The translations under genes and the position numbers were made by a program. This document shows positions 26,701 to 39,450 of a DNA stretch of 64,000 nt, piece after piece; within the stretch, counting starts at the first letter, position 1; each line of letters opens with the position of its first letter. The notes beneath the pieces are model-generated. The model saw only the letters and a program-made list of their open reading frames with translations, made no database searches and was not told the origin of the DNA. The stretch is from Macrostomum lignano (Eukaryota), in contig NIVC01000556.1 of assembly GCA_002269645.1 (NCBI GenBank), positions 1 to 64,000 on the forward strand, written 5' to 3'.

Positions 26701-27101
26701 TACATAAGTAGGTAGATATGATTTATGAGTACTTGTTTCCAGCTGAACCTCACGAACAGCAGCCGCAGTACTCCACAGCAACAGCCGTGTACATGTACAT
26801 GTATGCTATCATATTTCCCTTGTAACTCCGGACCTGCAGCAGTCGGCACACAGAAAGCTATAATTATTTACATTGCCGGCGCCTAGGCAGCGACTTGTCC
26901 ATAAAACGAACTGCATGGCAACCCTAAAATTATCTGCTTGCTACGAACGTAAAAACAGCATTGGACGAACGGCAGTTAATTAGTGGGATCGCTCGTCTTC
27001 TGTGGATCATTTGCTAGCGCTGCTAGATGCTGAAGTATAGCAATTTATTAGGTTGTGCAATACATGCAGTATTCGACTTTCTTTAATCCGTTATTTGTAC
27101 A

Positions 27102-27198
27102 TGACTGACTGACTGACTGACTGACTGACTGACTGACTGACTGACTGACTGACTGACTGACTGACTGACTGACTGACTGACTCACTCACTCACTCACA
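27102..27198. repeat. (TGAC)n grading into (TCAC)n
   Basis: Direct inspection. Confidence 0.95.
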
Positions 27199-27671
27199 CA
27201 GTCACTTACTCCACTGAAATATTGAAGGTCATACTTTTAAGTTCTTGGAAATACAGAGTCACTAAATCAAGTTGAGTTCAATGCGAGAAAAAATCATGGA
27301 ATGACTTCACCAAAATTCTTTGTAAAAAGGTATTGATTTTATTCGAGAATATTTTCTCTCGGACGCAATTTTTGGATTGTGAAAAAATGCAAAGCATTTC
27401 AATCGTCCACTATAAACTGCATTCATTTGGGTATCGCTTTTTCGGGAGGATAAATATAGGACTCAGCGTCGGCGGAAGTGAGAACCGAGACCTGTTGGTT
27501 AATCCCATAGAAAGCATCGGATATTAAAAGCAAGATTTTAAGGATTTATTACAATCATTGAAAAATAATCAGCCAGATGGAAATTAATCCGACGAGTTTT
27601 TGTCACTCCAAAGATATAAATAGAACATCTAACATCTAACATAATTTGCTAGTTCAACAACAACAGCAACA

Positions 27672-27732
27672 CTCGTCCCATTCTCCAAGGGCCTCATCGC
27701 GGCGGACGTGGGATAACTCGAACGCTTGGAGA
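27672..27732 (+). ncRNA. Putative HDV-like self-cleaving ribozyme at the exact 5' end of the Ingi-like element
   Basis: Manual fold: P1 CUCGUCC/GGACGUG (one U-U), P2 UCUCCAAG/CUUGGAGA, P3 GCC/GGC, L3 UCAUCGC (HDV: UCCUCGC), GG after P1 for P1.1, minimal P4, J4/2 CGAA (candidate catalytic C27719). Confidence 0.65.
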
Positions 27733-30700
27733 TACCCGGAACATCATCATTTCCATCATCGTGCGGAGTGGACGTGGAGTACAGCCAGACTGGGTACCAA
27801 CCGCCCCCCGGAGCTCGGGAGACGGGAGGGTCGTGTCGAAGATCTGCTTAGAGATGGCGACATAGAGCCTAATCCAAGGGCCCTGTGGCAGATGCGCTTG
27901 TAAAATCGTCAGGGGACAAAACCCAGTGTCCTACTCATGCTGTGGCACTGAAGTGCATGGCAGCTGCACGGGCCTCACGAGAGCCGGTCAGAACAAGGCC
28001 AGAGAGGGCCTGAAGGCCTGGCAGTGCGGGAACTGCGTGCAACTTGAGGAATGGAGCACTGCCGAAACTCAACACTACAACGAAAGAAGAAGCCGGAGCA
28101 TCAAAGAAATTGAAAAAGGCTACCTCTGCGCTAAACACGACTGCAGGGGCAAAGTAAAAATCACCAAAATCATCGCCAGGTGCAGAAAGTGCGACAACAT
28201 CTTTCACAACAAATGCGCCGGAGTCAGTCGCGCTCAGCTGGAAAGAGAGATCAAGCAAGGACTCTGGAGCTGCAGCGACTGCGAAGCGAGGGCGAGAGAT
28301 ATCCTTAAGGACCGCGCAGCAACCGAAACAGTGTTGCCCTGCGCGGAAACCAGAGCCGGCTGGTCTAAGGAGCGTCGTGAAAACTTACGCATTCTTCAAT
28401 GGAACGCAGACGGTCTTAGTAACTCGAGATCTTCCTCGAAGAACATAACATTGACGTCGCTGTTATCCAAGAGTCGAAACTAGACCAGAACTCGCGGACC
28501 CCCCACTTCAGCGGCTACACTACGGTCAGGAAGGACCGCTTAGAGACGCGCAGAAGCGACAAAGCGAAAGGAGGCTGTCTGATCACTCTCATTAAACATA
28601 ACATCCCGTTTAGACGTTTTTCGGGATGGAAGGGCATCACTACCGAAGGCTTTCGGACGCTCATCGATCTCAGCAGAAAAGAAAAAATCCTCATCACCAA
28701 CGTGTATCGCCCCCCGGTGCGTACCATCGAGGGCTTCGACAGAGAGGATGACGGGTCTGGAGCTGGCTCAGACCTGATAGTCGTGAGCTGATCCTTGGCG
28801 ACATCAACCTCCATAGCGCCAGATGGGGAGGTAGCGAGGACCAGGGCAGAGAAAGCAGATTTGAAGCGTCCGAACTGGAGGATTGGTGCAATGACCACGA
28901 CTACTAGGTGCTCAGCGATGGCTCTCCCACTAGAGTCGACTGAAGAACCGGCCGCACCAGCGCCCCGGATGTGTCGATGGCAGCGCCCGACCTCGCCCCT
29001 CGCTGCAGCTGGACAGCGCCCCTCGCTCGCTGCGGTTCGGACCACTTGCCTATCATTATCACCATCACCTCCACCAGTAAGACCCGCCGTAGGAAAACTC
29101 GCCTCCCCTGGTCGTGGAAGAAAGTGGACTTCGCCCACTTCCAGCGAAACTACGACGAACTCCTATCTGACATACCAGAACAACGGCTTGCTAAAGAGAT
29201 ACGTGCCCTCAGCGAGGCGTTACTCAAAGCGGCCGCGAACAGCGTCCCCCTGAAGAAGATATAAATATAAACCATTCTGGGACTGAACTCCAAATCACCA
29301 GGGACAACTGCCCGAGGGGACACGCTCGAAGGAAGAACCCAGTGGGGAGAGGCCAACCAGAAACTCTGCGACGAGATCAACGCCAAGAGAAGGCAACACT
29401 GGAAAGAGCACGTCAACAGCCTCAGCGAGGAAGAGGACGGCCGTGCGACCTGGAAAACCATCAAATCCATGTACGCCTCGAAGGACACCGCCCCCCGAAC
29501 CAGAACATCATCACGCAGAATCGGGAAGTGAGAACCGACCGCGAAAAGGCGACGTTTTCGCGCAGTTATACGCCCAAAACAGTAAAATCCAACTTGGCAA
29601 GGACGAGCGGAAAAAACATGTCGAGGTGACCCGCAGACTCATCGACTACAAAGAGGGCCCCGAATTCGAAGCCCTATTTGTCTTGGAGGAATTCGAGGAC
29701 GCCCTAGGTCAGATGGACCTCAACAAGAAAGGAGGAGTGGACGGCGTTTTTTAATTAGGTTCTTAAAAAATCTCTCCGCAAACGCCCGCCTGAGATGGCT
29801 AAAAGTCCTCAGCAGGAGTTGGAACGAGCACTCTTGCCCGGGCTACTGGAAAAGAGCGGAGATCATCCCGATACTGAAAGATGGTAAAGATCCAGCATCA
29901 CCAGAATCCTACAGACCGGTGAGCCTTACCCCGGTCTGTGCCAAGCTCATGGAGAGAATGGTCACCAATCGCCGCTATTTCTGGCTCGAGGAAAACAGGA
30001 TCATCAACCCATGGCAGGCAGGATTCCAAAGAGGCAGAAGCACTGACGAACAGGTGCTCAGAATTGTCCAGCATATCCAGGACGGATGGGAGAACAAAAA
30101 AGTAAAAAAACACTAGCCGTGACGTTTGACTTCTCAAAAGCATTCGAAAGGGTCTGGAGAGTCCGCCTCCTGGAAAGAATGATGGAGGAAGGCGTACCGG
30201 CCTGTCTCGTCAAGTGGTTCGCCAGTTTCCTGGAAGGTAGACAAGCTCGCGTCCGGCTGGGCGAGGACCACAGTAAATACAGGAGATTCCAGGAGGGGCT
30301 CCCCCAAGGTGCGGTGAGCTCCCCGGTCCTCTTCCTTCGGTATGTGAACGACTGGGCCGACCGGGAGGTGGAGGGAGTCCACTATGGCGGGTTTGCCGAT
30401 GACCTGGCCATTTGGACCAGCGGCGACTCGCTAGAGGAAGTCACTGACCGCCTCCAACGCGCCCTCGACAAGATCAGCGATTGAGCGAGCGACCTCAAAA
30501 TCGAACTCAACCCGAGCAAATGCGAGTCCTGCGTCTACAGCCGCTCCCCCCGTGACAGGACGGCCAAACCGCACCTCAGCATCAACGGTAGAAACATCGA
30601 GTGCAAAGACTCTCTGAAATACCTTGGAGTTCAGATCGATCGAGGGCTCACCTTTGCTGAGCACGCTGAAAACGTCGTCCTCAAAATGAAAAAAGAAGCA

Positions 30701-32082
30701 GGATCATCCGGGCGGTGGCCAACACGGACTGGGGCTGGCACCAGGAGGACCTCAAGAAAATCCATACTGCCATCGTCGAGAGCTGAGTCTGGCACGCTGC
30801 GGCCACCTGGATCCCCCGGGTCTCCAGAAGCGACAAAATCGAGCGCGTCCAACGTGAAAGCCTCAGACTGGTAGCCAGGGTCGTTAAATCGACCACTTCT
30901 GCAGCTGTCTACCTCGAGACCGGCGTCGCTCCCATCTCAGAGACAGCGATCTCCAAGTGTATCCGGGATTGGGAAAAAGCTATACGTGAACCCAGACCGA
31001 GCCCCAAAAAAGACCTATGCGACGTGTCGATCACCAGGAGACTCAAAGCGAACAAAGGATGGAGGGAACAACCCAGAATCGAAAGCCAGCACATCAGCAG
31101 AGCGCCGCGAGAGGAATTCGTTAGCAGAAGACACCCACCATGGAGACACCTCAAGTACGACGGCGTCTCCTGCTGCCCAGACCTCCTACGAGGCGGCAAG
31201 AAGGGTGACCCCCTCATCAAAGAAGAGGCCTTTGAGACCATCCGCAGCATCGGACCAGTGGACCTTACTATCTACTCGGACGGCTCGGTGGACGGACTCG
31301 GAAAGAATGGAGGCGCGGCCTGTGTGGCCTGGATCAACAGCGCGGAGAAGTCTAAGATTGCAGCTGCGGGCGAATTTAGTAGCTCCTTGGCAGCAGAGAG
31401 AAGAGCCCTCCATCTAGCCCTTGACCTGATCGAGGAGGAATCTCCAAAAAGCACCCTCATCCTGACCGACAGCAAATCCGCCGTCCTGGGCGTCGCCAAG
31501 AAAAAGCTCTCCAGGAATCGATCCCATTTCCTCTTGATTGAGAGACTGAGGAGTCTTAGTTCCCAATGCAAGATCCACCTCCAATGTATTCCAGGCCACG
31601 TCGACATCACGGGAAATGAGCGCGCCGACGCCCTGGCCCGGCAGGGGACTTTCCTGAACCAGAGCAAGATCCCGATCGAATTCGAAGTTCTCGATAGACA
31701 AGTCAGAAACCGTTGGAAGCCGACCACGAAAGACCACCGACTGGCTGAGATCTACAGCACCGTCCGAGACCCCGGCAACTTCGGCAGGAAGAACTCAGTG
31801 TTGCTCACCGAGCTTCGATCCGGACACTGTAAAAGGACACCCTACTGGCGCCAGAAGATCGGGCTAGAGGAGCCTCAACCATGCCCACACTGCCGTGAAA
31901 TTCCAGACAAAGACCACTGGTTTTTCTGCCCCAGATGGGATTGCCTCCGGCTAGAGCTCGGACTCAATGGAAGGAAAGACTACGGAAGGGAAATGATGAT
32001 GTTTGAGTTCCTGAGGAAGGCCCACTCGGAATGGCTGGCCTGATCTCGGAGACTCGTTCCGATGACACACACACACACACAC
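27672..32082 (+). mobile_element. Full-length but frameshifted Ingi-like (I group) non-LTR retrotransposon: 2A - PHD x2 - APE - RT - RNase H - Cys/His finger, (CA)n tail
   Basis: LLRDGDIEPNP(fs)GP; two PHD-like Cys/His clusters; APE LRILQWNADGL; RT LPQGAVSSPVLF and YGGFADDLAIW; RNase H YSDGS...ILTDSKS...IPGHVDITGNERADALA; CPHC..H..C; (CA)n at 32065-32084; 12-bp TSD ACAACAGCAACA at 27660-27671 and 32083-32094. Confidence 0.9.
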
Positions 32083-32109
32083 ACAACAGCAACAACAAAA
32101 AATACATTT

Positions 32110-33620
32110 TCAGCCAGTCAAACGAGGGACAATGTCACAGGGCGCGATTCAGAGCCTGGGTGAGAACGTAGGCCGCGCCGCCGGCAATGTCCGGGGCGTC
32201 GGAATCAGCCAGCAGGCAGTCCACAAAACGCCGAGTATGCGCCTGCCCCCGCCGGTAGGGTGCCTGCAGCGTCAGCAGCAGCACTTCCTGCACCGGCTGT
32301 TGGCAGTAAGACTCGACCCGGATGAAATGGCCTGCTAGCTGGAGTCGCCGCCGGCACAACAGCTCGCTGGGGTGGAAAAGGCTGGTGCGGCGATAGAGTG
32401 CCGCATTGGTGACTCGCTCGTAGCCGATCTTGAAAGCGGCGCGAGTAGGCCAGCGTGCGCCACATCGACCTGCTGTTCGAGCGATTCCGTCAACTTCCAG
32501 GTCTCGGCGTTGTAAAACCAGATGTTCTCGATCACCGCCTGGAACAACGCCGCCATCTGGTGGTCAGGCGGGGCCTCGGACTGTAAGACAACCCTCATGG
32601 AACGGAAGGCAGCCCAGGCAAGTCCACGGCGACGTCGCAGATCCTCGCGAGCATCTGGCACCAGACCAATGAGGTAGACGAACTGCTGACAGCACGGAAG
32701 CCTCTTCAACTGCCCGTCAGCGCCTCGGCAGAAAATTGCAGCCTCGATGTCATCCGGCACGCAGAGCACGACGATCTTCTGCGTGTTGACCACCAGGCCG
32801 ACACTCGCCGCAACGCTTACCAGCCGGTCCAGCTGTCGCTGGGCGCCCTGGATGGTCGAGGACAGCAGGGCGAGATCGTTGGTGTAGCCAAGCACGCTGA
32901 GCCGCTTCTCCAGTTTGCGTCGACCCACGTGTCGCTGCAGCAGGAACCCGTCGTCGTTAGAAGGGAGAGCAGTCCGCAGCACCCAGTCAAGCACCAGAAC
33001 GAACAGGAACGGCGCAAGCGAATCTCCCTGAAGCACCCCAGAGGATGTTTCAAAGAAATCCGACAGGCCGTCCGGCGTTAGCACAGCAGCGTTCGTGCCA
33101 TGATACAGCGCCAGGACGGTGGAAATCAGCTGCCCTGACACGTTGTACGCATGAGCATCATTGGGAGCACGGCCCTCAAGACCGAATCGAAAGCCTGCAG
33201 AGCAATCGACTGGCGGGTCCACGCTTTCTCAATGACTCGGCGAAGAGCCATGATCTGCGCCACGGTGCCGCGGTGGGGCCGGAACCCGTTCTGCTCAGGC
33301 CGCAAATGCGGATCCAGCACGGGCTGCAACCGCGATAGCAGCATTCGGTTGAACAACTTCGCAGCGCAGGACTGCAGGCAGATACCTCGGTGCTCCTCAA
33401 GCCGCGTGGTGTGCGCCTTATTATAGCGACGATGTGCGCCGTGTATCTTTCGTTGGGTGCCGCCTTACCGAAAAGCACGTGGTTCATCCCTTGGCGACCT
33501 AGCTGGCCACACAGTGGAGTTATAGCGTCTCGATGGGCACCTCGTGCGGACCCAGTGCTTTGCTGCCCGGAGTCCTTCGGGCGAGCATCAGAACGTCGAC
33601 TGTGCTGTTTCTTTAAAAAA
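32110..33620 (-). mobile_element. 5'-truncated, decayed RTE-clade LINE
   Basis: RT motifs KLFNRMLLSRLQPVLDPHLRPEQNGFRPHRGT, SGVLQGDSLAPFLFVLVLD and LGYTNDLALL (YADD mutated). RTE-type C-terminus LQLAGHFIR. Frameshifts present. Confidence 0.85.
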
Positions 33621-34159
33621 TATAACTAACACAAGACGCGAATCTTAAACAAAAAAATCGGTGAAAACTGCAAAAACGACCGACAGGTTTATAACTGGGT
33701 CAATCTTCTCATTCTAGTAGTGCCAGGAAAAAAGCACAACATGTAGTTTACAACGAGTTAACTGCAGCGTCTTGGATGATCTCAGCGGCCAAGTCTTGTA
33801 CTCGATGCTGAACTGCTGGAGTTGGCAAGTCAACAGTAAATAATCGTCAGGACGTCATGTCAACTATGCACAAAAGTCAACCAGCAATTTGACTGCCACA
33901 GACATTTTTGACTGCCGATGACATTTGACTGTCAGTGAAATTTGACTGCCATTGACATTTGACTGCCAATGATCGGTGTGAACCGGCGCAGCCAGGGCAT
34001 TCGCTGCTTCACTGACGGCTGCTTGCTGTTAAACGGCCGTGCTGGAGCGAGTATCGCCATCTTCTCCCGAGTTTAAGAAATTCTCTTTCAGGACACCTCG
34101 GTTCTTAAGCCAAAATATGCACCAATTATTTGAGGTTGGCTCCTCAAGTCCTCTACGAG

Positions 34160-37100
34160 TCTTGACTTACTTGACTTAGCTGCATGGCTGTCCCAAAGGG
34201 GGACGCGTCGCTATGGACGAAGGGTTGGCGCTGCCAAGGGAGGTCCTTCAGTGTCGCCAGAAGCTATGGTGCTCTCTGGAAAGGAGAGTTCAGCCCTGTG
34301 GGTGGCCCGGAGGTAGCGCATGAGCTGATTTAAAGTTTTCGGGTTTGCACGCTTCAGTAATAGATGTGTGTGACCGAGGTAAGTGAGTCTGGCCCGTGTA
34401 AAGGCGGGAAAGATGCTGACGAAATGCTCAGCGGTTTCGTCACCTGAGTTACAGAAGCTGCAGATGGCGTTAGTGGCGTTTCCCTGCAGGTACTGGTGCC
34501 TAGAGAAGCAGCCGTGACCTGAGAGGGTCATGGTGGCAGCCCGGATGTCTCTACGCAAGAGGCGAAAGAGGAGCTTCCGGAGCTGGTGAGAGGGCTGAGG
34601 GACAGCGCCTCTGGATTGCCTGCAGTTAGTGCAGTTCGCCCAAGTCGAGCGGTGCTGAGTACTGATCCACGCTTTGATGCGCGAGTCGACGACACAGCCG
34701 GGAATCGGGACAAGAGGTTCGGGACCGAGAGAGGAGCCGGAGGCACCAACTTTTGCAAAGGCGTCAGCCAACTCATTCCCTCGGATCCCCACATGCCCCG
34801 GAACCCACTTAAGGGTAACTTTGTTGGTGGAACCCAACATGTTGAGGAGTTTGATACAGTAAAGGACTGTAGCAGATTTGGTGCTGCAGCCACTGATGGC
34901 GTGCAAGGCAACTTGGCTGTCCGAATGGAAAATGATGTTCTTACCGGTAACGCCCGTGGCGAGAAGCTCTGCAGTGCAAGAGCTGATGGCGAGAACTTCA
35001 TTTTGGAAGACACTGGAGTTGGCTCCAGTGTACTGAGCGTGGGTTGCAATGACCCTCCCGTTCAGGAAGATCCCAACACCAAAGCCGGTGTTGGCTGACT
35101 GCTTAGAACTGTCGGTGTAGCAGTGAAGCTCACCAGGGTTCCAGTGGTAATTGATGGTATCGCGCGAGTCGATAGCTACGGAGTAGCGTTGTCTCAGGTT
35201 GAGCGTTGAGGCAATGCCATCGGTGAAGACGCGATTGGCCTGACACTCGTTGAGAAAGTTGAGGCACAGGCCGCTATGCGGGAAGAGGTTCCGCTTAGCA
35301 GGTGCCCTCATGTAAAGGAATTTGACACCGGAATCGTAGATGCCGCGTCGTTCTAGCCGCCTCACCCCTGACGAAGAGGTCGAGAGGCGGTAGATTAAGG
35401 AAGGCCTTCATGCCAGCAAGGGGCGTGGACCTGGAGGCGTTGCTGATAAGCCTACACGCTCTGCCTTGGATCGTGTTGAGCAAATCTGCATGGCTTTTGA
35501 CCTAGGTAGCGCTAACCCAGACAACCGAGGCGTACGTAATGGCAGGTCGAACCACGGAAGTGTGGATCCACTAAAGTCGCTTTGGGATAGACCCCAAGAC
35601 GTGCCAAGTGCTCGTCGGAGCTGGGCCAGGATGGCTGAGGCACGCTTGGCTTTTGCTTTCACGTGGAAGAACCAGTTGAGCCGGTGGTCTAGTATGACCC
35701 CGAGACATCTGGTCTGATGCGCGAAGGCAATATCTCTGCCGTAAAGCTGCAGAGGTCGTATGTTCCAGCGTATTCTACTGGTGAACATAATGGTAACAGT
35801 TTTGGGCTCGGAGAGTGGCCCAGGATTCTGTTTTGCGGATGAAGCTCTGCATCAGATCCCTGAGCGTGCTGGGAGACGGCCCTGCCACAATGGCCGTGAC
35901 TTCGTCAGCATACCCGACTTTGAAGACGGGATCAGGTCGGGAATCGCCCAGAAGAGCGTCCATGACCAGGTTCCAGAGCGTCGGAGTGAGGACTCCGCCT
36001 TGGGATCCACCCTTACAGACTCTGGCGGAGGCAGTATTCCCTAGGAGTTGGGCAGTGACTGTACGGTTGGAGATCATGTACATGAGCATGAGCTTTGCAA
36101 TTTTGAAGGGCCCTCTGAAACGCTTCAAAGATAACGCTCTCGAAGGCACCAACAATGTCAAAAAAGAGCCAGGGCGTAATCGTCACCCAGTACCGCCCGT
36201 TCAATCTTCTCGACTATCGCATGCAGGGCGCTGTCAGTCGACCTCCCGATACGGAAGGCGTGCTGATTATTGCTGAGGGGCATCGCTGTCAGCTCGCATG
36301 AAAGCAGCCGCCAGAGAATAAGCCTCTCAGTGAGCTTAAGCATTGCTGACGTTAAGCTAATTGGCCTAAAGGCCTTGACGCTCTGGTAGTCACCCTTCCT
36401 AGGTTTGGGAATAAAGACTACCCAAGCTTCAGTCCAGCACTTGGGAACGTATCCCAGCTGGATAGAAGCCCGAATGAGATTGCGGGTAAGTCTCAAGAAC
36501 GAGAGTATCTTGGCTGCTTCACGAAGAAGAACAGGGTAGATACCATAAGGTTCAGGAGACTTGAAGGGCTTGAAGATTCTGACCACACGAGCGATTAGGT
36601 ATTCAGTGACAATGCCCGCCGCTAGAGTGGCTCCATCCATCGAATAGTTGGGTTCCGATCTAGCAGTGGTTACCCTCGGGAAGAATGTGTCTTTCGTAAG
36701 AGAGCCATAATCTTTTTTGATCGTTGCTAATTCTGACATTTTTTTCGATTTTAAGGGCCTTTACAAGCCTAGAAGTAGGTCTGTCTTGATCCAACTCATT
36801 ACAGAATTGGCGCCATTTACATTCCTTGGCCTTGCGCACTTCAGATTTGAAATTGCGGGAGGCTTGCCGGAAAAGCTCCATGTCCTCCGGGTTTCCGGTC
36901 TTCATGGCACGGCGATGAAGACTTTTGGCCTTCTGCCTGAGTTTCAGGCCTGGGTTCCACCACGGCGCCGAGGTCTTGCCTTTGTAGGCACGGACAGGGC
37001 AGGCCGCCTCATACACTGCAATAATGCAGCCTGTCAGCGTCTCAGCCGCATGGTCCACATCCTCGCAGGTCTCAATCGGACGTAAGTCCGTGAGTTTCTG

Positions 37101-39450
37101 CAGGTGCAGATCAAGGGTAGCCTTATAGGCTGCCCAATCGGTGTTGCGGATACTACGCCTTCAAGTGATCGAGGGCTGGGGTTTAGTGTCCGCGATGTTA
37201 AAGGCGATAAAGCAGTGGTCAGACAGGGAGGTCTCCTCAGATCAGACTCTCCACTCCTCAACTCTGTCAGAGTCTTGGGGTAAGGAGTGTGGCGTCGAGG
37301 ACCTCAGTCCATCTGGCATTGTTGAAGGTAGGAGTGCTACCACGGTTGCAGAGCATGAGGTTTGTGTTGGAGATGAGGGCCAAAGCTCCTCCCTCTAGTA
37401 TTGGTGTCTTTGCTGCCCCAGTGCTTATGGTGTGCATTGAGGTCGCCCCCAAGCACAACTCAGCGTTCTGGGACTCGCACTACGCTCGTACTGCGCGAGG
37501 CGCAGTAGACTCTCAGGTGCAGGGTCTCTGTCGCCTGGGATGTAAATCGAGGCAACGAGACACGAACGCGAAGAGAGATGATTAGATTGGATGACACAGA
37601 GGTCTCCATCTGAGAGATCAGTCCTCAGCCAAGCCTGGAGATGGCTAGCAGCGAGGATAGCCGCTCTATGGCGAGTAGCCAGAAAGAATGTTGGGCAACT
37701 TACCGTTGTGCATCCAGGGTTCCTGGATCAGGATGAGGCCTGGCCTGTACAGCTCAGCAATCTTCATCAGATTTACTGACGTAGATACGCAATGCTGTAA
37801 ATTTATTTGCAGACAGAATGTCGCTCCTTTGGCAGCGTGGAGCTTAGTCATACTGTACTAAATGCAATAGCTGGCTAGAGCCCCGGGCCATCAAGGAGAC
37901 TTGGACAACAGATCGTCCTCGTCCCAGGCCGCTGGGGCTTGACTGGGAGATGGGAGTTGGTCGACGTCCATGGCCTCCTTACCCCCACCAGAGTCCTCGG
38001 GCTCCGATGACAGGATGGAGGAAGCTTCCTCATCTGTATCTTTACCTTCAGACCCCACCAGGGTGGCCGAGGAGAGCTCGGATTCCGAAGACCCGGCCTC
38101 GTCCTCAACTCCTTCTCCGGCTGGCAGGTTTGGTTCCCGGGGCTTTGCCGGAGCCGTTACCTCGGTCGCCGAACTGCTGCTAGCAGAGGGGCGAGACGCA
38201 GCTTCGGCTTTGGGATCGGCTTGCGCCTTTCCTTGGGCCTTAGACTGCGCCCCGCTCTTGCCGGAGATGCCGAGGTTGGCAGTGGCCTTCCCTTTGGCAG
38301 ACTTTCCTCGGCGCATCTTGAGCTTGAGGGCACCCAGCTGGAAAGAGGATCCGTTAGGGTACCGGCTCGCCCAAGCGTTGGAAAGGCCGAGGACAATTGA
38401 GTTGCCCGTCTCCCCCCTGCGGACTTTGCGGTGATACACCAGTCCACTAGCAGGGAGGTCGGGATTCAGGCGCAGTAGGACCCGGTGGATAACGTCTGTC
38501 CAGCTGCGGTGCTATTAGTAGGGACAAAACCACATAGGGTATTGTCTTTGGACGCTGGCCTTCGCAAATAAAAAGGGCTCGGCCGAGGTCAGCATCCAAG
38601 GAGACCGTCGGCAGCCGCTGGAGCAGCTGCTGCGCGTCCTCCTCATTGCTAGGAGCAATAATAACGAATGTGCTTCGCAGCATATCCGCTCAATACCGAT
38701 AGAGATTCCCTCCTCGACAGTCAGCTCAATCAGATAGGAGTCAATAGCACTTCAAACTTTTTGAAGCTGACCAGTGGTCCAGTCCTGGTCGCGACCTTGA
38801 ATGATCACTCCCGGGATTTTGGCCTTGGCCTTCGCCGCAAAGGTAGCTCCCGAAGGAACCTCCTTGTTGGCAGTGGCCATATGTTTCGCCGTGGTCCCTC
38901 AGCAGCCGTAGCAGCATCTCCAGGGAGCGCCGTTGCTGAACTACTGGAGCTTCCACGGGCCGGCCCGTCTGGTTGCCTTGGGACGCCAGTCGCTTCAGCA
39001 TCCATGGTGGACGCCGCCGCTTTGGCCCCCGCAGCTCCCAATTCTTGGCCTGCCTTTTGGTGCTTTGCTTAGCGCGTTTGCGCTCAAGCCTCTCCGCTGG
39101 GCTTCGTCGGATCTGCCAGATTTGGCCGGTCCTTTAGGCTCAGAGCTCCCGGTTCCCTTAGATCCACCAGCAGAGCTGGCAGGTACTTTGGTTTTGGTAG
39201 CTCTGGTCGGATCTGCCAGCAGAGCCACCGGTCCTCCTTTTGCCACAGTTGAATCAGTCGGTTGGGATCTGCCAGCAGGGCCGGCCGGTCCTTCGGACTG
39301 AGGTTAGAGTTTGGAAGGGTCCCCGTCCCTAGAATTAGCTTGATTATCCATAGTCGGCTCGAAGGCCATGATAAGGTTGGTAGACTACCCTCGAGGGGGC
39401 GCGGTACTCACCCAGCCTCTCCACCTGACCAGGCAGTAGGCCAAAAGAAC
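34160..39450 (-). mobile_element. Decayed two-ORF LINE with RNase H (Loa/R1-like, I group)
   Basis: Broken gag-like ORF1 at about 39349-37891. ORF2 has APE (LQINLQH, LIQEPW), RT (FRPISLTS, QGGVLTPTLWNLVMD, GYADE), RNase H (YTDSS, SDSQ, WVPGHVGIRGNELAD) and a C-terminal CSFC...ETAEHF. Short AAGT(C) repeat tail at about 34160-34178. Many frameshifts. The 5' boundary is approximate. Confidence 0.88.

Noticed and set aside
39365-39445. Possible HDV-like ribozyme at the 5' end of the Loa-like LINE (minus strand GGCCTAC...CCCCCTCGAGGGTAGTCT)
   Set aside because: Partial P1/P3/L3 resemblance only. P1.1, J4/2 and a properly placed P2 could not be built.
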